Below are positions 8,380-14,052 of a DNA stretch of 14,052 bases, piece after piece (position 1 is the stretch's first letter; each line of letters opens with the position of its first letter). The notes below the pieces were generated by a model. It saw only the letters and a list, made by a program, of their open reading frames with translations, did not search any database and had not been told where the DNA came from. This DNA is from Oligoflexus sp. (GTDB lineage: Bacteria; Bdellovibrionota_B; Oligoflexia; Oligoflexales; Oligoflexaceae). The stretch is from contig JBGSTX010000194.1 of NCBI GenBank assembly GCA_041736305.1, positions 1 to 14,052 of the forward strand, given 5' to 3'. The position numbers were made by a program, and so were the translations under genes.

Positions 8380-9692
8380 AGCGAAGGCGAGGCTGAGCCA
8401 CTGATTGCCTCCTCTAATTTCTTTTGAAAGAAATCGTCGCTGATGTCCAGGAAGTAGCGTTGGATTCTGACGATATGCCGCATCACTGCCTGCTTCTCCG
8501 AAGGAGTCTGACTATGCTGCATGATGGCCCGAAACGCCAGGAGCATCTGAATCAGCACATCCGGATGCTGGCGCGCGTGGTAAATGAGTCGGCCGATGGA
8601 CAGATCGAGAAGCTCAACAAAGCTAAAGGGTTCGGCATAGAGTCGCGGGACGCCGTTGGCATCCTGACGATAAGCTGCCGGTCTCGGCCGCACTGCAAGG
8701 CGACAGAGTCCCTCGCGAAGACGGTCGATGCACTGGGTGGCCGTCACGGGATTGTTAATTCCTGGAGATAAGGCCCTCGTTCCGAGTTCAACCAGTGTTT
8801 CGATACCGAAAGAAACGTCCTGGTCTATCGTGCGCTCGTTGCCAAAAACAAATGCGGAACGCACCCTCTTGCATAGATCATCGTTAATGTCCCGTGCAGG
8901 ATCCGATGATGTGAGCAAAGCCAGCTCATCTCCACTTCCCACAAAGGCTCCCGGTCTGACACGCATCACAATCAAAAGGTCATGTTCTGCACCGAGACGA
9001 ACCAATTTTTCACCATCGACCCCCTGCAAATATCCAGGATCCGTGGTTTTAATAAGTCTCCCTAAGGATGGCGGCTGAGTATCGTCACCGAGAGAAGGTT
9101 CAGCTACCTCTTTTGGAAAAAGCCGATCGATGGCCACTAAGAAATCATTGCCCGATCGCGCAACTAAATTGGAAGACCTAATAGAGTGAGCCAAGTGATG
9201 GATGAAATAAATAAGATAACCAAGACTGATCATCGCCAAAACAAGCCCCAACGTTACCCCTATGTAAGGGATAAACTGGGATGATTCAAGACCATCATCA
9301 CCGCCACGCACCGAGCGGAGCACCATGAGGCAATAGATGAAAGTCGAAAGAAACGCGCCTAATACTGCCTGATTTCCACGATCCTGCATGAAGCTGCGCA
9401 GGATATATGTCCCAAACTGCTGAGTGGCTAATGAGAGAATCACAACGGTAATCGAAAAGACCACGCCGGCAACATTAATCATCGAAGAAGCGACCACGCT
9501 CAGAACCGCGCGAGCGCCATCGGGCCCCCCGGTATATCCAAGCCACCACGTGTTCACCTTTTCGTTACTCACCCTCACGTCCAGGAGAACCGTACAGTAT
9601 GCGATCCCTACCGCTGCCAAAGCCATCACCGAAGGGATCAGCCAGTAGCCGCTGCGGAGTCGACTCCATATAATGCGCAAGCGCTCACCCAT
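8376..9692 (-). CDS. DUF2254 family predicted membrane protein, 438 aa
   Basis: Family motifs 'YWLIP', 'ARAVLSVVASSMINVAGVVFSITVVILSLATQQFG', 'QAVLGAFLSTFIYCL', 'GYLQGVD' and 'RALSPGINNPVTA'. ATG 9692 has a GGAG RBS (alternative ATG 9713). Its stop overlaps the FapA stop (4-nt convergent overlap). Confidence 0.9.
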   Translation of the reverse strand: MGERLRIIWSRLRSGYWLIPSVMALAAVGIAYCTVLLDVRVSNEKVNTWWLGYTGGPDGARAVLSVVASSMINVAGVVFSITVVILSLATQQFGTYILRSFMQDRGNQAVLGAFLSTFIYCLMVLRSVRGGDDGLESSQFIPYIGVTLGLVLAMISLGYLIYFIHHLAHSIRSSNLVARSGNDFLVAIDRLFPKEVAEPSLGDDTQPPSLGRLIKTTDPGYLQGVDGEKLVRLGAEHDLLIVMRVRPGAFVGSGDELALLTSSDPARDINDDLCKRVRSAFVFGNERTIDQDVSFGIETLVELGTRALSPGINNPVTATQCIDRLREGLCRLAVRPRPAAYRQDANGVPRLYAEPFSFVELLDLSIGRLIYHARQHPDVLIQMLLAFRAIMQHSQTPSEKQAVMRHIVRIQRYFLDISDDFFQKKLEEAISGSASPSL

Positions 9693-9739
9693 ATAATTCT
9701 CCCAAAAAGCCATAGTACACCAGTCCAGGGCTTGATTCT

Positions 9740-9757
9740 TTCAGAATATACTCTGAA
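9740..9757. promoter_or_regulatory. Palindromic candidate operator TTCAGA-N6-TCTGAA
   Basis: Perfect 6-bp inverted repeat just upstream of the DUF2254 gene in the divergent intergenic region. Confidence 0.3.
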
Positions 9758-10125
9758 CTTCCTGAACAAGGCATGACACTTTCGAGTGGGTATGCCTTGG
9801 AAAAATGATTATGAGTCATCTCGTACTCCTTGTCCCGCTCTGATTACAGCTCCGGAAGTCCTTTGCTGCTTCCTGAGGATCCTGACGTCGCTTCGCAAAA
9901 TATCGCGCAATGCTCACAAACAAGACTTCTTTCAACTGATTCAAGACAATCAAGAAAACCTCATGCAAACATTTTTCCAAGATTCAGATTATTTGGCGAA
10001 TGTGGTGCATTCTGCTCATGTCATAATACAAATCATAAGCAGCGCGTTAAAACATTCATCATTGGTATAATGAATGCATGTAAACTCAGTCACGAAGTTT
10101 GATTTGTTTCGGCAGGAGAATATGC

Positions 10126-11160
10126 ATGGAAGAGATTTTCGCGGTCGGTCCGCAAGGTACACTTCACATACTCGGCATCAAGCTGGTCGGCCTCAATGCC
10201 GAAAATGCTGGCAAGCTCCTGATCACGGTAATCTTCATCAGCCTCACACTTCTCGTGGCGAAGCTCTTCCGAAGCCTTGCTCGCCATACACTGAAAGGCC
10301 GCAGCAACGTCAAATTCATTTTCTGGACCCGTCAGGGGATCAACCTGGCATTGGCGCTGATTCTAATTTTAGGCGTGTGTTCCATATGGTTTGATGACCC
10401 AAGCCGACTGACAACGGCTGTCGGATTAATTACGGCAGGTCTAGCCTTTGCGCTTCAGCGAGTCGTGACGGCTTTGGCCGGTTACCTTGTTATCCTGCGC
10501 GGCAAAACCTTTGGCGTGGGGGATCGGATCGTGATGGGCGGCGTGCGAGGCGATGTGGTTGCGTTAGGTTTTATCCAAACTTCGATCATGGAAATGGGTC
10601 AGCCGCCTGGAGTTCAATCGGATCAGCCGGGCATGTGGGTGAGGAGTCGTCAATACACAGGGCGTATCGTGACAGTGCCTAACAGCAAAATCTTTGATGA
10701 GCCCGTTTATAATTATACGCGAGATTTTGGCTATATTTGGGAGGAAATGAATCTACCCATATCCTACACAGCCGATCGCAAAAAGGCGGAACAGATTCTT
10801 TTGGAAGCAGCCACACGTCATCAGGCCAAGATCGATTCCCTGGAGAAAGGTGATATTGAGGAGCTTCAACGCCGCTACTACGTCGTCAATCTTCAAGACT
10901 TTCAACCGCGCGTCTTCTATAGAATGACTGATAACTGGCTGGAACTTTCGGTGCGTTTTATCACAGAAGCTCATGGTGTGCGCAGCGTGAAAGACAGAAT
11001 TTCTCGCGAGATGTTAGATGCCATGGAGGCAGCTGGGATTGGGGTTGCTTCAGCAACGTTTGAAGTAGTGGGTCTTCCCCCCTTGCGGATTGAATCGGAT
11101 GGGCTCATATCTCGACAGAAAAGTAGTGAAACGGCAAACGCACGCGTGGAACTGTCATGA
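10126..11160 (+). CDS. mscS: Small-conductance mechanosensitive channel (MscS family), 344 aa
   Basis: 'GLITAGLAFALQRVVTALAGYLVILRGKTFGVGDRIVMGGVRGDV', 'GRIVTVPNSKIF' and 'NYTRDFGYIWEE'. ATG 10126 has AGGAG 7 nt upstream. Confidence 0.92.
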   Translation: MEEIFAVGPQGTLHILGIKLVGLNAENAGKLLITVIFISLTLLVAKLFRSLARHTLKGRSNVKFIFWTRQGINLALALILILGVCSIWFDDPSRLTTAVGLITAGLAFALQRVVTALAGYLVILRGKTFGVGDRIVMGGVRGDVVALGFIQTSIMEMGQPPGVQSDQPGMWVRSRQYTGRIVTVPNSKIFDEPVYNYTRDFGYIWEEMNLPISYTADRKKAEQILLEAATRHQAKIDSLEKGDIEELQRRYYVVNLQDFQPRVFYRMTDNWLELSVRFITEAHGVRSVKDRISREMLDAMEAAGIGVASATFEVVGLPPLRIESDGLISRQKSSETANARVELS

Positions 11161-11167
11161 GGTCAAA

Positions 11168-11671
11168 ATGATTTTTGAAAGCTGGCAAGGAATTTTGCGC
11201 GTTCTTATTCTAGGCTCATGTGCCTATTCAGGCCTTGTCCTGATGCTGCGGATATCAGGAAAAAGAACCCTTTCGAAAATGAACAGTTTTGATCTCGTCG
11301 TGACGATTGCTTTAGGATCGACTCTTGCCACGATCATTCTTTCAAAGAGCGTCGCGCTGGCAGAAGGGTTGACGGCCTTTGCTCTACTGATTGGGCTTCA
11401 GTTCACCGTGGCTTGGCTTTCCTGCCGTTCACGCATGTTCAATCGTATTATTAAAAATGAGCCTGTCCTGCTCGTACGAGGTGGTCAATTGCTTAGAGAT
11501 GCTATGTACAAGGAACGGGTGACGGAAGAAGAAATTCTGCAGGCCATTCGCAATCAAAGTGTTGCTGCATTGAGTGAAGTTGAAGCTCTTGTTATGGAGA
11601 CTGACGGTTCCATGTCAGTCATCAGCAATTTAGCCCAGAAACCCGCTTCTTGGCATAATGTTAAGTCTTGA
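11168..11671 (+). CDS. DUF421 / YetF-YcaP family membrane protein, 167 aa
   Basis: 'LRISGKRTLSKMNSFDLVVTIALGSTLA', 'EPVLLVRGG' and 'VMETDGSMSVI'. ATG lies 7 nt after the mscS stop with a GAGG RBS, consistent with an operon. Confidence 0.92.
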   Translation: MIFESWQGILRVLILGSCAYSGLVLMLRISGKRTLSKMNSFDLVVTIALGSTLATIILSKSVALAEGLTAFALLIGLQFTVAWLSCRSRMFNRIIKNEPVLLVRGGQLLRDAMYKERVTEEEILQAIRNQSVAALSEVEALVMETDGSMSVISNLAQKPASWHNVKS

Positions 11672-11849
11672 TGGCTTGCAAGGCGCGTTGCTATGAAATA
11701 CGTTTCTAGGATCCCCTGCTTAATCTCGTGAGAGATTTCGATAATGGACGTTCAATTGCACATGATAGAACCGGCCAAGCTACGTCTTTCCATCTGGGAA
11801 AGCAGCTAAGGGAATTGACAATAGTTTCAAACAAAAAGAGAGGCTCAGC

Positions 11850-12263
11850 ATGAGAATTCATATGCTTCGCAACTGCATCTGCCTTTGTGCACTGCATGCT
11901 TTCTTCGTTGGCTGCAATAGAAAAACTTACCAGGCAAATGAGTATAATGCCCCCTTGACCACGCCTGTACCTGTCGCCGAAGGCGACTATTCCAATCCAG
12001 CGGCAAGCACACCTGCGCAAGTGGCACCCATCAATCAAGATAGCAAAGTTCCTGACGATGAGACGGTCGAGCAGAACAGTCTTCCTGGCTATCATAGCCA
12101 CTGCCCTCCTCCAGGAACAACTCCCCCATCAGCCGATGTGGTGAAAGAGGGAAGTTCGATCGAAGCTATTGACTGTCCTCCTGGAGATCCGAATGCTGCC
12201 AGCAGCCGAATGGGCCTTCCAGGGACGCCTGCTGAATCTGAGGAAGGTGCTTTGAATAGGTAA
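11850..12263 (+). CDS. Pro-rich, probably disordered lipoprotein, 137 aa
   Basis: GAGG upstream of the ATG. Signal peptide ends in the lipobox FVG-C. The mature part is Pro/Ala/Ser/Glu-rich with two CPP(P)G motifs. Confidence 0.7.
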   Translation: MRIHMLRNCICLCALHAFFVGCNRKTYQANEYNAPLTTPVPVAEGDYSNPAASTPAQVAPINQDSKVPDDETVEQNSLPGYHSHCPPPGTTPPSADVVKEGSSIEAIDCPPGDPNAASSRMGLPGTPAESEEGALNR

Positions 12264-12316
12264 GCACGTTACCCTCGAATCTCAGGTACGAACATACATT
12301 AGCCGCTGACAGGAGA

Positions 12317-12340
12317 AGAGTGCGGCGAACGCTGCACTCT
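12317..12340 (+). terminator. Stem-loop downstream of the lipoprotein gene (possible terminator)
   Basis: AGAGTGCGGC-GAAC-GCTGCACTCT, a 10-bp stem with one G-U pair and a weak U-tail. It can be extended to 12302-12353. Confidence 0.45.
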
Positions 12341-12704
12341 CTTAGTAGACGGCATCAAGGCAAACGGCTGCCGAAGACAAGTTGCAGAGCCATGCTTCTT
12401 GGCAAACTGTGTGGCTACTGTTTCAGTCCTCTGACTACAGGCAATGAGTCAAACTCTGCTCTTAAATAAGTTTCCGTCGAATAAAAGATCTTCATATATT
12501 ATTTTAAGCATAATCTCACTGTCAGCCGTGATTTCTAAAGTGAATGCTTAAAGAAACAGTGTCGGTAGTGTCGATGATACATCAACTTTTGGCGCAAATA
12601 GATTACGTGCGTAGCGCAGTAGATCACATCTCAGATGCCGCTAACGCGAGCAAAAAATTTATTAGCGGCCTTAAAAAATATTTGTGCTGGATTCAAAAGA
12701 ACTA

Positions 12705-12735
12705 AGAGCCCATCCGAAAATTTCGGATAGGCTTT
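12705..12735. repeat. Near-perfect inverted repeat AGAGCCCATCCGAAA-A-TTTCGGATAGGCTTT
   Basis: 15-bp arms abutting around one base. ATCCGAAA/TTTCGGAT and AGCC/GGCT pair perfectly. Confidence 0.75.
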
Positions 12736-13071
12736 GCTGCCTTCGCTCTGCTGCTCGTTGGCCCAAGCAAAATCTGCTGCTCAATCCTCTGCTCTTTCTT
12801 CAACGAGTTCTCAAGTAGGCTCCAAAAAGAGTGAAAAAATCACAGCGAGAAATATCAATATAGAGGCAGATCTACCTCTCTTTGCAGATAAGTCTACTGG
12901 GAGTAGCACCGCTATAAAATCTGATCCAGAAAAGAACCTACATAAGAAACAGTGAAGCAACTTCACTACTTCACTTCCTACCTTCGCTTATAGATTTTAG
13001 AATTGGAAATTCCAATGCATTTATTTTTTATGTCGGATAAGCCGAATCAAAGCGAGTCCGGATTAGTGAGA

Positions 13072-13088
13072 TTGGCTTGGTATTTGCT
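13072..13088 (+). promoter_or_regulatory. Putative sigma54 (-24/-12) promoter
   Basis: TTGGC-TTGGTAT-TTGCT has GG at 13074-75 and GC at 13086-87 (exact GG-N10-GC spacing), about 105 nt upstream of the 13194 ATG. An AT-rich tract and palindromes lie further upstream. Confidence 0.55.
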
Positions 13089-13193
13089 GACCTTGAATGC
13101 GAGGCTCGCATTATTTCTATCTCAATGGTTTTGATAGAGCTTCCTTAACACCTACGATTTGTCGAAGAAAACCTGTCGGAAGGAGATACTCTT

Positions 13194-13850
13194 ATGAACA
13201 CGGTCAAAGGTCTTATAGCAAGTGCTTGCTTCGGCAGCATTCTGAGCGCCGATGCCCTGTTAACTCAGGTACAAGCTCAAGACAAGGAAAGCAAGCCTGA
13301 CAAAGCAAGCACGACAAGTGCCGGTTCGCCATCGGAGACTCAAACACCGGCTCCCAGCACAATTCGATTTGTTACGGTTTTTTTTGAAAGGTTGGAGAAA
13401 GATTCGGCAACAGTCAATTTCTCAAAAGGTACGGCTGAACTAGTTCCTGCGGAACAGGAGAAACTTAAGTCCCTGATACCAAATTATAGGAATGATAAAG
13501 AGGTTGATAAGATATATGTAGCCGCCTGGGGCGATCGGCCTTATCCATCGGAAAAAGGCGACAAGTTGCCAGATGCCGAAGAAAAGCTAGCTGAGCAACG
13601 TGCCGAAAAGCTGGAGGAGTTCTTGGAAAAGAACGGTGTCAGTGATGTCGAGAAATTTACCATGGCAGAGAAGCCCAGTTGGATTGCTAAGGCCTTCCAT
13701 CTTGACTCTGCTCAAGTTAAAGGAGCAGCACAAAATACGGGTACCGATAGCCTTAACGAAGATAGGATTGAAAAACTTTTGAATCAAAAGGGTGGCCCGT
13801 CTAAGGCAGTCGTTATCGTGAAACACAAACAGGAAATGAAGAATTTCTGA
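13194..13850 (+). CDS. Secreted protein with an OmpA C-terminal-like domain, 218 aa
   Basis: AAGGAG RBS, N-terminal signal peptide ending around VQA, Ser/Thr/Pro linker, then 'TVNFSKGTAELVPAEQEKLKSL...IYVAAWGD...KLAEQRAEKLEEFLEKNG', matching the OmpA_C layout (F..g.a.L / v.G.tD / Ls..RA..V..yL...G). Confidence 0.7.
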   Translation: MNTVKGLIASACFGSILSADALLTQVQAQDKESKPDKASTTSAGSPSETQTPAPSTIRFVTVFFERLEKDSATVNFSKGTAELVPAEQEKLKSLIPNYRNDKEVDKIYVAAWGDRPYPSEKGDKLPDAEEKLAEQRAEKLEEFLEKNGVSDVEKFTMAEKPSWIAKAFHLDSAQVKGAAQNTGTDSLNEDRIEKLLNQKGGPSKAVVIVKHKQEMKNF

Positions 13851-13906
13851 AAAGGTTTACTCACATCGGGGAAGCTTATTGGTCTGTCTTCAAAGCTTTG
13901 TGTTTC

Positions 13907-14052
13907 ACACGAAAGGGAGAACTATTGTCAACTACCCGCCCCTAAAGGGGCGAGCTTGTAAGGAGAAATCCAAGCAGTCTTCACGTTGACCCGACTCAGC
14001 AAGGGATTCATATCCCAAGCTATGTTAGGAGCAAATATATAGGTACCCCCGG
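13907..14052 (+). ncRNA. Putative omegaRNA (HEARO-like): 5' guide (~13907-13926) plus partial scaffold
   Basis: GTCAAC (13927-32) pairs with GTTGAC (13985-90), enclosing hairpins CGCCCC/GGGGCG and GCTTG/CAAGC. Next come GACTCAGC, the GGGAT-TCAT-ATCCC hairpin, CTATGTT (cf. CTACGTT) and ATAGGTACC, in the order I recognise from IscB omegaRNA scaffolds. The guide boundary is inferred. Confidence 0.72.
13927..14052 (+). mobile_element. End of an IS200/IS605-superfamily (IscB-type) element, truncated by the window
   Basis: GTCAACTACCCGCCCCTAAAGGGGCGAGCTTG, with subterminal hairpin CGCCCC-TAAA-GGGGCG (13937-13952), is the characteristic start of IscB/RRXRR-associated elements. No transposase or iscB ORF is visible in the window. 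Confidence 0.8.

Noticed and set aside
9786-10102. 94-aa and 90-aa ORFs in the divergent intergenic region
   Set aside because: GTG/TTG starts without a convincing RBS, mutually overlapping, and no recognisable motifs. More likely promoter DNA.
11706-12101. 131-aa minus-strand ORF
   Set aside because: Largely antisense to the lipoprotein gene, which has an RBS and lipobox. No recognisable domain.
12811-12966. 51-aa minus-strand ORF (VKLLHCFLCRFF...LIFLAVIFSLFLEPT)
   Set aside because: Its hydrophobicity is explained by being the antisense of an A-rich stretch, and start signals are weak. Not supportable without homologs.
12264-13193. Possible CRISPR array, tRNA or rRNA in the long intergenic region
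   Set aside because: No regularly spaced direct repeats, no cloverleaf or T-loop motif, and no rRNA-like sequence seen.
13937-13952. GC hairpin read as a Rho-independent terminator of the OmpA-like gene
   Set aside because: There is no U-tract, and the hairpin sits inside the GTCAAC...GTTGAC multi-stem typical of IS200/IS605 IscB-type ends.

Overview
Bacterial chromosomal window. The gene content and protein styles suggest Bdellovibrionota/Oligoflexia or a related deltaproteobacteria-like lineage (inference only). Left part: a 5'-truncated di-heme (2x CxxCH) cytochrome c-like gene converges on ferrochelatase hemH, which carries a C-X5-CC-X9-C [2Fe-2S] motif. A minus-strand run follows: atypical receiver-TPR protein, lipoprotein, 30-aa membrane peptide and YoaK/DUF1275 protein. 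Divergent from this run is a long FapA/DUF342 protein. Right part: a DUF2254 / MscS / DUF421 membrane cluster, a Pro-rich lipoprotein, a ~930-bp structured intergenic region with a sigma54-type promoter, and a secreted OmpA-C-like protein. The last ~126 bp closely resemble the start of an IS200/IS605 IscB-type element with its omegaRNA (HEARO-like) scaffold, i.e. a probable OMEGA RNA-guided nuclease locus cut by the window edge. The iscB ORF itself is not visible.
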